Under the pieces are notes generated by a model. It had not been told where the DNA came from, did not search any database, and worked only from the letters and a program-made list of their open reading frames with translations. A program made the position numbers and the translations under genes. Shown piece by piece: positions 35,024-45,500 of a DNA stretch of 64,000 bases; within the stretch, counting starts at the first letter, position 1, and each line of letters opens with the position of its first letter. The stretch lies in IMG/VR virus record IMGVR_UViG_3300037519_000101; one strand, given 5' to 3'. Source of the stretch: an uncultured virus (IMG/VR IMGVR_UViG_3300037519_000101) (Duplodnaviria; Heunggongvirae; Uroviricota; Caudoviricetes).

Positions 35024-38000
35024 TTACCTGATTCTACCTCCACTTTTTGATAAGTTTTTAAGCAATGTTTCAGGATCTCCTGTACCACCACTGAAACCTA
35101 ACAAACTAAATACTCTTTTGTAAATTTTGTTTTCACCTTTTTTCTGGAACCAGTATGGTCCCACATCTTTTTTGTATTTATTTGCATCACTTGCTGTAGC
35201 AAAATTTAGTATATCTCCAAAGATCTCCATATAAGTAAGAACTGTATTACTAAATGCTGTACTAGTTGAAGTTAATAACTTTGAGTAATCATCAGCACCA
35301 AGGTTGATTGATACACCATTTACAGTAATTTTTGGTAATGGAATAAAAGCACCTGTTTCAGCTTGTACTCCTAATAGTAATAAGAGAGCATGATTAGTAA
35401 GGAAGCCGTATGTATTAAAGTTATCAGAGTTTATTGGTCCTGATCTTTCTTTTATTTTTTTCCATCTATCTTCATCACCGTCTTCATAGCCAAATAATAA
35501 TGATGCTAGTAATGCTGACATGGTAACAATCATACCTTCAGCCATAGCTCTTCTTAAATCAGCTTTTTCATCTTCGGTCATAAACTGGAACTCTACACCT
35601 TTGGATTTTAAACCTCTGTATATTACTTGTAATGAATTTACATAAAAACCTTTTGTAGTTTTTCCTAAAGCCCAATCATATCTAGCACCACCAAAGTTTT
35701 CTTTAGATGTGTCCATTCCAAATCTGTTAGTAAACATTGGAGTAAACCATTTTCTCATAAAGAAAAACATTCTGTAAAGTAATAACTTATTACCTTCTGG
35801 TTGTCCAAAGTCATCATAAACCCCAAATAGTGCTCTTGAAGTACCTTGCAATCTGTTTTTAAATAATTTATACTTTTCAGATTTTGCAATAACAATTTCT
35901 TGTCCTTCTGTTAATTGAACTTGAGATTTGATTCTGTTTTTAGCTTTAAGTTCTTCTACTGTTACGTTATATTTTTTAGCAATTTCCTCAAGACTTTCTC
36001 CTTTTTGGTATGTGTGATAAACTGAAAGATTACTCCATCCTGGGTGAATACCAGCTTTTAATCTAGCAACACCATTTTCATCAGTTTCCCATGCATCAAC
36101 ATATCTTATTGTAGCTTTATCACCACTTATTAAGTCTTGTTCAAGTTTTTGACCGTACAAGAAGGCACCAAACAATCTCATTGCTACATCCATCTCACCA
36201 AATTTTCTATGCATGTAAGTCCATTCAAAGTTCATCAAATCCTTAAATAAACTTTTGTAAACAGTATTACCATACTCATCAGTAGTTTTAAAGTTTGGAT
36301 CAAATATTTGAACTAACTGGCTAGATAGATTTCCTGGTCCAGTTGTATACATACCATTCATTGCCCAATCCATCATAGCTTTAGTAGCCCATGCTGAAGA
36401 TAATGCTAAGTCTTTTCCTGTAACAAATCTACCTCCTGAAGATTCAATAATAGTTTGAACATAACCTGAGAACTGATTTTTTAAATCAGAAGGTATATTC
36501 ATCATCAAAGAAGATCTACTTGACCATTTGGTTAAGTTACTTAACCATTTTGTAAGTCTTGGGTTTGCTTCTTCCATACCTACTACTTTCCTACCGAAGT
36601 ATTCTCTATCAATAAGAGATCTAATTTGTTCTAATCTGTTATAAGTATCCGTTTTTAAATTTACAAAAGCTCTAACTTTGTTTTTACCATCCTGTAACTG
36701 TTTAGATTTTTTCTGTAAATTCTTAGGTTGATTTTTTGGATCTTCCAGTGTGGATATAATTGACTTAACTAGAGGTAAGGATTTATATAATTGTTTTTGT
36801 GTTTGAAGAGACAATGCATATCTAAACAATGAATTGAATATATCTGCATCAACTACATCAGCATCAAGATTAAATATACCTGTAACAGGAATATATGATA
36901 TCTCATCACCATTTAAATCTGTATTCACTAAGTTATTATCAGCATCATAATTTAAGTCATTTAAGTAATCTTCTGTTGACTTACCAAATTTTTGCTTCAA
37001 CCATTCTTTAACATTAGAGTTAATGTTTTTGAATTTATCCCCGTATTGACCTTTTTGGAATGCTTGATAGAAGTCTCCTTTTTTAGTACTATATCTTGGT
37101 ACATCCATATATAACTTACCATAGTTACTACCATTTTTCTGCATGTCTAAATGATGCTCTTTTATAGCTTCTAATAACTTAAATTCAGGTGACTCAGGAT
37201 TAGCTTTTAAAGCTTGGTATCTCTTATCAATAAATCTATCATCTACAGCACTGTATTTGGTCCCTGGTTGAAATAATCTAGGTAAATATTCACCTTTATT
37301 ATCCACATATTTACCAATATAGTCTTCTCTTATAGCACCTCTTGGTATAGTTCTATACTTGTCTTTTACTTCTCTTCTTGAATGTCTTGCGTTAGGAACA
37401 CCTAGTAAAGTAACTTCTTCACCTGTTTCATTATCAAAGATTGTAGTAGTTTCATAGTACTTACCCTCTTTTGGTCTCATTACAGAGTTAGCTGAAGTTC
37501 TTTGGAACTTATCAACCTCTTTACCTTTATCATATCTTTTAACTTCAATATGATTTATGTTAAACCATTTTCTTAATTCTTCATCTTGTACAAGCAGCTC
37601 AGTAAATTCTTCAGAATTAATAAAGTTATCCACTGTTGTTTCAGTCACTTCTACAACATTGAATTTAGATAAGCGCATATTTAAGGCATCTAAATAATAT
37701 TCTGTAGGAAGGTTGCTGGATAAATTAGACAAGGAGTTAAAAATATCAGTCATTTCCTCAACCAATTCTACATCAACCCCCTTAGCTTTTTGTTTCTGAA
37801 TTAGATCATTTAAAAGCATAGCTTCATTTGTATCTAAGTCTTCTACTTTTGATTTTTCTAATAAAAAACTTAATGTACCAGCATCTTCTTTTGACAAACC
37901 TGTTCTATAATCAAACTTAGATCTAAAATCTACTATGTCTTGCTCAAGGTTTTTTATTTTTTCTAATCTATCATTACCTAGTTGACCTGCATCTGGTTGA

Positions 38001-41000
38001 CCAAACTCATCACGGTAAGTAAAAATTAAATCTGAAATAGTTTTATATGCACCAGAAATATCAAAATCCAAATTCATGTTTTCTCTCATGTTTTTTTGGA
38101 TCTCAGTAAGTCTATTTAAAAGATTAGCTCTTCTTTCATAGAATTCTTGTGAATATTTAATCTTAATGTTTTGTTTTTCCCATTTTCTTAGTTCTGTTTG
38201 AAATTTTGGATCATCTCTTTTTATTCTTTTAGCCTCTAATTCAGTAACAAATTCATTGTATGCTGTAGATAATGAATTAGGAATTGGAACCCATTCATAA
38301 AACTCACTGGTTGCATTTCTATGCTTAATAAGTAATTCAGCAATAGACTTATCATATATACCATTAGCTGGATCATCAACTTTTTCTGTAGCATCTTCAT
38401 AGTGTAAAGAGTACAGTTGTTGATATGCTCTAAAGGCTGCTTCTATAGTACTATAGTTTTCAAATCTTTCAAGTTCTTTTTCAAATTGGTTTTGTAAGTT
38501 TAAGAAATTATCAAAAGCAGTTTTCTTAGCTAAGTATGCAAGTTTTCCTATTTCAGATTCATTAAAGATATCATCTTTCTCATAAAGCTCTGGAACAAAT
38601 TCTTGCCACATATAAGCTTTATTGAATTGTCTTAATCTATCAAGAGCTTCTGCAGTTTTTTCTTTATCTCCACTGTCCTTAGCTAAAGCATATTCATACT
38701 CTAAATTATCTTTTTCATATCTCCACCCATTACCAAATTCATTAAGGAATGTGTATACTTCTTTAGGAGCAGGTTTTCCAGTTTGTTTGTCAATATAAAA
38801 GATGGTGTCTCTTGTAGCCACCATATCTCTAATTTGTAAAGAATTTAACTTACTAAAGTTAACCTGTGGTAAAAGCTTAGCTAAGACATTTCTAAATATT
38901 TGAGACTTATTCCATACTTCATTTTCTACTTCAGTTTTTTCATTCTGAATATACATAGCAAGTGAACCTACTATAGGGTCATTACTTGATGAATAAGATT
39001 CTAACCATCTATTGAACCAGCTTACATCTTTTGTTTTACCGGATAAGATATCAGATATTTTATCTTCATTAAGTACATAAGTATTATATTGTTGAACAAA
39101 TCTATCCAGTACTTCTTTTGGAACACCTTTTTGATAAAGTCTTTCCAAATCAGCATCTGTTATAGTATTGCTAATAACTTTATTATACAAGTCAGTAACT
39201 TCATTTTCTTGTTCCTCAAGAGGTAGTTTTTTTAGAGCTATCTTTAAGTTATCATTTAACTGGTTTTGAACAAAATCTGTCATGTAACCAGTAATTTGAA
39301 CAAAAAGTTGAACATTATTTTTCTTATATATTTCTCCAATCTTTTTAACAATCATGGTTGAATTGTTCAAAACTTCATTTAGAGTTTGATAAAATAAACT
39401 ATCTGTACCTAATGTATAGTCTTCAAGTATTTCATTTATTTCATTTATCAAACCTATCCAAGAATTTGCTGTAGAGCTATATAAGGCAAGTAAAGCAACA
39501 ACATTTCTATTGTTTATTAAAGATGCATTTTCATCAATAACTCTAAGCTCACCTAATGTATTTATACTTGCACTTTTGATACGGTCAATACTGTTAACAA
39601 GAGCTGTTGCTTTTATCAAGGCAAGTTCTTGTAATTTTTCTTCAGCATTAATTGCATTTTCAATTATTGATTCCGGTGAAACATTATTTGTAGGATTAAC
39701 ATCCTGGAACCCTTTTAAACTTTTATCTACAGCAGGTAATAATTCTGTGTTACCTTCTTTTAATAAAGCTCTTTGCAACATTGCTTTATTTACACTGTCC
39801 TTACCAGTATTAAACTCTCTAGCTTTATTTAAAGTAGCTTTACCATTCAAGTAAGTATAGTTTACTATAGACTGAACTGCTTCTGGAGAGGAATTCTTTA
39901 ATAAATCTTCCGCTCTTTCTACTACTTCTTTGTAATACATTACTACATCAGCTTCAGTAATTGGTTTAGTTCCTAAATCAAGGTCAATTTCCTCATCACT
40001 AAGTAATATGTCTCCTAAGTCAGAGATAGTTGTTGTTGAACTTAGGTTTTTTACGTTTACTCCATTTCCAAATATTCCACGTAAAAACTTTTTTAATGCA
40101 GCTAATAACTGATTGATAAATGATTCAAACCCTTCTGATGCAACTTTATCATTAACTTTATTTACAGCATCTAATTGTAAAGCATAAACTAAAACTTCTT
40201 CTTTAAAAAGAGGTGTGTCTTGACCAAGTTCAGGATATAATTTTTTAACATGAGCAATTATTGCTTGACCTTCATCTGTTTCTGACAGTGATGCAAATAA
40301 ATTTTCAAATAATTCTGGATTAGATCTTCTAATACCTTGTATAAAAGGATGTGAGAATTCATGTAAAACAGTATTAATATTTACATTATCTCCTACAAAA
40401 TAAACACCTCCCGCAAAATAAAAAGCAGGCTCTCCCATATAAGGTTTAGAACTATTTTCTAAGATTTTTTGTGCTTCTTCAGGTGATACGCTAAAGAAAT
40501 CTGTATTCATTTGAGCAGCAAGTTTTTTTGCAAGTACTTCAGCAACTTCTTTAGTTCTTGCATTATTTACTGACTCAAGATCAATATTTAATGTTTGTGG
40601 TTCTTCACTGTTTAATTGAAAGTATGTAAACTGTGGAAATGATTCTGAAAGATCTGTAGGTTGATGTAAGACATAATCTTGTTGATCTTTAGGTCTAGCA
40701 AACATTCTTTCTTCACTCATTAAACGTGACAAACTAAGCTTACCTTTAAATATAACAGCAGTAGTTTTATGTATACCTTTTGAATTACCACTATCAACAT
40801 TGTCTTTATGTACAAAAAAATCTACAGCCATGTGATTTTGACTTGTTGGTTTTACAATATTACCATCTTTATCTCTAAGATTATACGCAGTAAGCCAACC
40901 ATTTCCTCTAGTAAAATCTCTTCCTAAAACTTCAACAGTAAGACCTTCTTTAGGAATTAAAAAAGCATAAGTTGTATATCCTTTAGCATCACTATCCCAA

Positions 41001-42544
41001 CCATAATGATAAGGTACACCATTTATAGACTCAACTTTTTCAAGCATAACTTCATAGTCTTCTTTATTCTTTACAGAAAAATCAATATCATGTATAGGTT
41101 CTTCTGAACTTCTATATACTGCGTCTCCTTGTGCAGCAATAGCAAGTGATCCTGTAAGTTTAGCATCTAGTTTACTAAATACATTTATGATATGTTGAGC
41201 AAATTCATTACCTGATAATGCTTTTTCATAGTCTAATTTAGCAGTAGATGTAGCTAATTTGGCAATATAATCTTTATCACCCATTAATACATTAATTGCA
41301 ATATGATCAGCAACTCTATCATTATACTCCATTTGAGCAAGTATGTTATTCTTATAGATACCTCTCAGCTTTTCAAAAACTTCATAAAGTAATTCTAAAG
41401 CTTTGTCTAATAATGATTTATCTAAACCACTTGCTTTGTAATTTTTAACTAATGCTTTAGCAATTAATTTACCAACAGCTTCAATCTTAACTTGCTTTTC
41501 ATTATTGTATAAAGGCATATATTGTGCTTTTACACTTGAATATTCAGACCAAGTTGTGATATTATCTATTAGATATTTTATAGCTTTATTTTGCTCACCC
41601 ATTAACATTACTATCATATGGGCTGCTTCTTCAGGCAGTGTTTCAGCATTTCGGTGTGTACTGTACCAGATAAGTTTATTTAAAACATCAGTAGCTCCTA
41701 AAGCATCAACTCCTAATTTAGATTTAAGATCTGCAAACTCTTTACTTTTTACACCAAAAGGTTTAAGAAACTCTAATAGGTAATTATCTAATTCTTTGAT
41801 AGCAGGTTCTAAAACTTTTTCATTCTCTAATTGGAATAAAGTTAACTGCTCACCTTCTTTATAGTTTGTGTATTCATAAGAGCCCGGATTTATTTCTTTA
41901 GCAAAACCTCTTCTAACTAAACCTTTCCAAACCCCTGTGCTATTTTCATTTAAATTACCACTTCTTAAAGCAATATTAGTTCTACTTAAACTTTTATTTA
42001 GTTCTTTATAGGCCCTTATAGCAATACCTTGATTTCTATATTCAGGATAAATTTCAACCGCATCTACTGTAGCAATATTACCTTCTAGTTTATAATTTAT
42101 GTCACCTACTTTAGTACCATTTCTTACTATATCTAGATTAAAACTGTTATCATCATAACCAGAATTAAACTCTAAAGTAATTTGTTCTTGTTTAGCTTTA
42201 TTGGCGTCAGGCATTATTGACTGATCAGCTATTGCTTTAGCACTATCATAGTTACTTTTTAAAACTTGTAACTGTTGAAACAATGATTCATTTGGTTCTG
42301 CTCTTTCAACATTAATAGTAGTATTTCTTCTATAAGTAGAAGTTCTTTCATCAACAAGTTGTTTACTTGTCTTATCAAACAGCAACTGACCATTTGTTTT
42401 AAGACCATACCTTTCTATAGCAATATCTGTTAGAGCTCTATTTACTTTTTCAAACAAAGGTTCATTGATGATCTTTCTTGAATCATCAACGGACTTTGTT
42501 TTCATCAGAGTTTTTATTGCATTTACTTTAACCTCACAAACCAT
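35024..42544 (-). CDS. Giant polyvalent virion cargo protein (GNAT, zincin-like x2, nucleotidyltransferase-like, LysM)
   Basis: IYPEYRNQGIA; LPEEAAH; TGSLA...HDIDF; VLHEFSH...EE; HTYQKGESLEEIAKKYNVTVEELKAKN; probable start MVCEV at 42544. Confidence 0.8.
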   Translation of the reverse strand: MVCEVKVNAIKTLMKTKSVDDSRKIINEPLFEKVNRALTDIAIERYGLKTNGQLLFDKTSKQLVDERTSTYRRNTTINVERAEPNESLFQQLQVLKSNYDSAKAIADQSIMPDANKAKQEQITLEFNSGYDDNSFNLDIVRNGTKVGDINYKLEGNIATVDAVEIYPEYRNQGIAIRAYKELNKSLSRTNIALRSGNLNENSTGVWKGLVRRGFAKEINPGSYEYTNYKEGEQLTLFQLENEKVLEPAIKELDNYLLEFLKPFGVKSKEFADLKSKLGVDALGATDVLNKLIWYSTHRNAETLPEEAAHMIVMLMGEQNKAIKYLIDNITTWSEYSSVKAQYMPLYNNEKQVKIEAVGKLIAKALVKNYKASGLDKSLLDKALELLYEVFEKLRGIYKNNILAQMEYNDRVADHIAINVLMGDKDYIAKLATSTAKLDYEKALSGNEFAQHIINVFSKLDAKLTGSLAIAAQGDAVYRSSEEPIHDIDFSVKNKEDYEVMLEKVESINGVPYHYGWDSDAKGYTTYAFLIPKEGLTVEVLGRDFTRGNGWLTAYNLRDKDGNIVKPTSQNHMAVDFFVHKDNVDSGNSKGIHKTTAVIFKGKLSLSRLMSEERMFARPKDQQDYVLHQPTDLSESFPQFTYFQLNSEEPQTLNIDLESVNNARTKEVAEVLAKKLAAQMNTDFFSVSPEEAQKILENSSKPYMGEPAFYFAGGVYFVGDNVNINTVLHEFSHPFIQGIRRSNPELFENLFASLSETDEGQAIIAHVKKLYPELGQDTPLFKEEVLVYALQLDAVNKVNDKVASEGFESFINQLLAALKKFLRGIFGNGVNVKNLSSTTTISDLGDILLSDEEIDLDLGTKPITEADVVMYYKEVVERAEDLLKNSSPEAVQSIVNYTYLNGKATLNKAREFNTGKDSVNKAMLQRALLKEGNTELLPAVDKSLKGFQDVNPTNNVSPESIIENAINAEEKLQELALIKATALVNSIDRIKSASINTLGELRVIDENASLINNRNVVALLALYSSTANSWIGLINEINEILEDYTLGTDSLFYQTLNEVLNNSTMIVKKIGEIYKKNNVQLFVQITGYMTDFVQNQLNDNLKIALKKLPLEEQENEVTDLYNKVISNTITDADLERLYQKGVPKEVLDRFVQQYNTYVLNEDKISDILSGKTKDVSWFNRWLESYSSSNDPIVGSLAMYIQNEKTEVENEVWNKSQIFRNVLAKLLPQVNFSKLNSLQIRDMVATRDTIFYIDKQTGKPAPKEVYTFLNEFGNGWRYEKDNLEYEYALAKDSGDKEKTAEALDRLRQFNKAYMWQEFVPELYEKDDIFNESEIGKLAYLAKKTAFDNFLNLQNQFEKELERFENYSTIEAAFRAYQQLYSLHYEDATEKVDDPANGIYDKSIAELLIKHRNATSEFYEWVPIPNSLSTAYNEFVTELEAKRIKRDDPKFQTELRKWEKQNIKIKYSQEFYERRANLLNRLTEIQKNMRENMNLDFDISGAYKTISDLIFTYRDEFGQPDAGQLGNDRLEKIKNLEQDIVDFRSKFDYRTGLSKEDAGTLSFLLEKSKVEDLDTNEAMLLNDLIQKQKAKGVDVELVEEMTDIFNSLSNLSSNLPTEYYLDALNMRLSKFNVVEVTETTVDNFINSEEFTELLVQDEELRKWFNINHIEVKRYDKGKEVDKFQRTSANSVMRPKEGKYYETTTIFDNETGEEVTLLGVPNARHSRREVKDKYRTIPRGAIREDYIGKYVDNKGEYLPRLFQPGTKYSAVDDRFIDKRYQALKANPESPEFKLLEAIKEHHLDMQKNGSNYGKLYMDVPRYSTKKGDFYQAFQKGQYGDKFKNINSNVKEWLKQKFGKSTEDYLNDLNYDADNNLVNTDLNGDEISYIPVTGIFNLDADVVDADIFNSLFRYALSLQTQKQLYKSLPLVKSIISTLEDPKNQPKNLQKKSKQLQDGKNKVRAFVNLKTDTYNRLEQIRSLIDREYFGRKVVGMEEANPRLTKWLSNLTKWSSRSSLMMNIPSDLKNQFSGYVQTIIESSGGRFVTGKDLALSSAWATKAMMDWAMNGMYTTGPGNLSSQLVQIFDPNFKTTDEYGNTVYKSLFKDLMNFEWTYMHRKFGEMDVAMRLFGAFLYGQKLEQDLISGDKATIRYVDAWETDENGVARLKAGIHPGWSNLSVYHTYQKGESLEEIAKKYNVTVEELKAKNRIKSQVQLTEGQEIVIAKSEKYKLFKNRLQGTSRALFGVYDDFGQPEGNKLLLYRMFFFMRKWFTPMFTNRFGMDTSKENFGGARYDWALGKTTKGFYVNSLQVIYRGLKSKGVEFQFMTEDEKADLRRAMAEGMIVTMSALLASLLFGYEDGDEDRWKKIKERSGPINSDNFNTYGFLTNHALLLLLGVQAETGAFIPLPKITVNGVSINLGADDYSKLLTSTSTAFSNTVLTYMEIFGDILNFATASDANKYKKDVGPYWFQKKGENKIYKRVFSLLGFSGGTGDPETLLKNLSKSGGRIR

Positions 42545-42546
42545 TT

Positions 42547-45500
42547 TTATACACAATTAAAAGGATCTGTCTCAAAACCATACGCTTGTAAGATTTCTTC
42601 ATCAGATATTCCTTGTTTACTAACTATTAGATCATCTATCTCTTTATGTAGGAGAGAACCAGGGTTCAAATATCCTAATTTTTCATATAACTCCCTACTT
42701 AAATATACAAATAAATCTTGAGGCATGAGGTTTGGATTTCCAAATCCTGCTGTAGGAAGGGCAATGTTTCCACCTTTTTCCTTAATGCTCTCAGCAGTAC
42801 TTAAAATTTTACTCCAATATTCTTTTATTAATTCTTTATCATCAGCTGAAAGATCAGATAAATTATCATTTTTATCTAAAGAAATTATAACTGGAATACT
42901 CATATCTGGTGCATGCAATTGCATAACTGATTGCTCAGTATGATTTTTATTTCTATTGTCTTCAAATTCTGAATTAGTAAATGAATGTAAGAAGATAACT
43001 TTAGAATTTTTGTCTGTTAAATTCTTATAGTATTTACTGTCTTTATTCTTAGAATCATACAAGAATACATTTGGTTCTTTTGTTTCAATTAAATCTGATG
43101 TAACATCTACTGATTCCGGTTCTGTTTTATTAACTTCAGTTTTATTAACATCAAAATCAGTTAAGTAATTTTTGAATTCTTTTTTAGTTGGGTTTGTTAC
43201 TTTGTTATTTGCAAACTCAAACTTATTCAAGTAGTCATTAAGTATAAAAATTCCTTTTAGAGGATCTTTATCTAGTAATTCTATAAGCTCATTACCAGAA
43301 TCTTGAATAATATCAATTACTTTAGTATAATCCACAAATGGTACTAAGTTATAAGAAGACTTGTTTATACCAGATTGTAAGTATGCAAAAGTAGGTAACA
43401 TAGAAAACAAATCAGTTATTTTCTTTATGTCAGCATCATTTAGCTTTAACTCTTTAGCAAAAGTTTTTAGAACTACAGGATCAGCTAAATCTTTAAAGTT
43501 ACTTATAAACATATTAGCTTTAGTACTGTTGATATCTCTATCGGCAATACCTAAGTTGAATATAGTTTGGTCAAAGTTTGATTCAGATTTCAATACTGAT
43601 AGAACATCAAATTTTTTGGTTAACAAAGGATAGTCAAATATAACTTTTGATACTCTGTTTGCATATGCAGTGTTTACATTATTGAACAAATGGTTAAAGT
43701 TATATGTATTGTCTAATGCTTTCTCTGCTAAGAATTTTTCATATTCTTTTTTAGATTGAGATTCTTCTTTAGGATAAATGCTTCTCAAGTATTCTCTTTC
43801 AATCACAAATTTCTTATACTGGTTAAAGTTTTGACCTTTTTCAATTCCAGTAAAAGTCATCTCATCTACTTGATGTAAACCTAATACCTTATATGGATTT
43901 TCCGGATCTTCATTTGATGTAGCCCAAGCTTTATTTTCAAATTGTAATTTTAAAACATCATCATTAACAAATAAAGTTTTAGATTCATCTTTGTTAGTTT
44001 TTACATAAGCTCCAAAATACTTAGATTCAAAACTTTTAATATCTGCAGTTTCTTTCAAATCATAAGACATGTAACTGTCTCCTAACTTATCTTTAAGCAA
44101 AGCATTTTGGAAAATATAACTTACAAGATCATTTCTGAATGCATTAATAAAAGCTTTTTCATTTCCATTAAAAGTTTTATCTACAATTTTATCTAGTAAA
44201 CCGGTCTTCTTTAAAGTGATTATGTAGTTACTAAATGTTTTATTGTATCTTAATTTAAATAATGGTCTACTTAATGCTAATGCTAAAGGTCCGTTAAAGA
44301 AGGAACTAATAACAGAATCATTCATCAAACCTGTAATTAAATCTGACATGTATTCATCATCTACTAAATCAGATAATGTATTTTCAGATAACTCAATGTT
44401 AGTAAGTGTAGTGTTAGTATTGGTATCCGGATTTGCATTCATTTTAACTTTTGTCAAACCTTTAATTTGATCTTCAATTTTTAAATAATGCAAGAACATA
44501 GCTAATGACACCTCTCTTTTCTTTTTACTTGGATCAGCTGCGGATTCTTCAATAAGTTTTAACATTCCTTTTTCAGTAAAAACTTTCTCATCTCTGTCTT
44601 TCATTACTTTTTCTAAAAGTGAATCAGCAGTATCTAGAATAGTTTTAACTTTTGCATCTGCAGGAAGTATATTTTTTGGGAAATTATTAGCTATTACTTC
44701 TTTCATAGCTGTGTATTTAACCAAGTTTTGACTATCTACAGCTTTACCTAACATAGGTGCAAATGTAGAACCTATTAAGCGTTGTTGATCTACATACTCT
44801 CTTACTAATGGTTGTGACACAAAGTAAATAGCTTCTTTAACTGGTACACCAGCTTTTACTAAAAATAATAATATAGGTGCTACTTCATAGTTACCTTGGA
44901 TAAAGAATATCCATGCATCTTTTTCAACATCCACCCAACCATTTATTGCTTGAGAAAATATATCGGCAATTTTATTTACATTATCAACATCATAGATATT
45001 AGAAAGAGAAATTCTTTCTTCTCCATTAACATTCATTGTATTATGTCTTAATGCAAGACTTGTTTCTCTTATCTCTTCATTTTTGGTACCAGGTTTACTC
45101 ATATAAGTTTTTGGTAAACTTGCTCCTATAGAATTTAATAAGATATTAAATGTATTTTCAATTGCTCCAAGACCAAGGGTAGCCTTACCTACTATATTAG
45201 ATTCATGTTTGTATAAATTATACATTGTCTCTAAAACTCTAGTAGGACTAATTTGTTTTTCTTTACCTGGAGTCATTAATGTAGAATATGGATTATACTG
45301 CATTACATATTCAGCTAATCTATCTGCAGTTTCTTTAAGTAAGAAAGTACCATTAGGAGTAACCAGAGACACAAAGTTCTCAGGTAATTCCAATATTGCT
45401 TTAACATCCTTAATTAATTCATTTTCTAAACCTGCCATTTGCTCTTTAAATAATTGATCTAAAGATTCACCAGCAGCATTTTTTTCTTTTATAGCATTTT

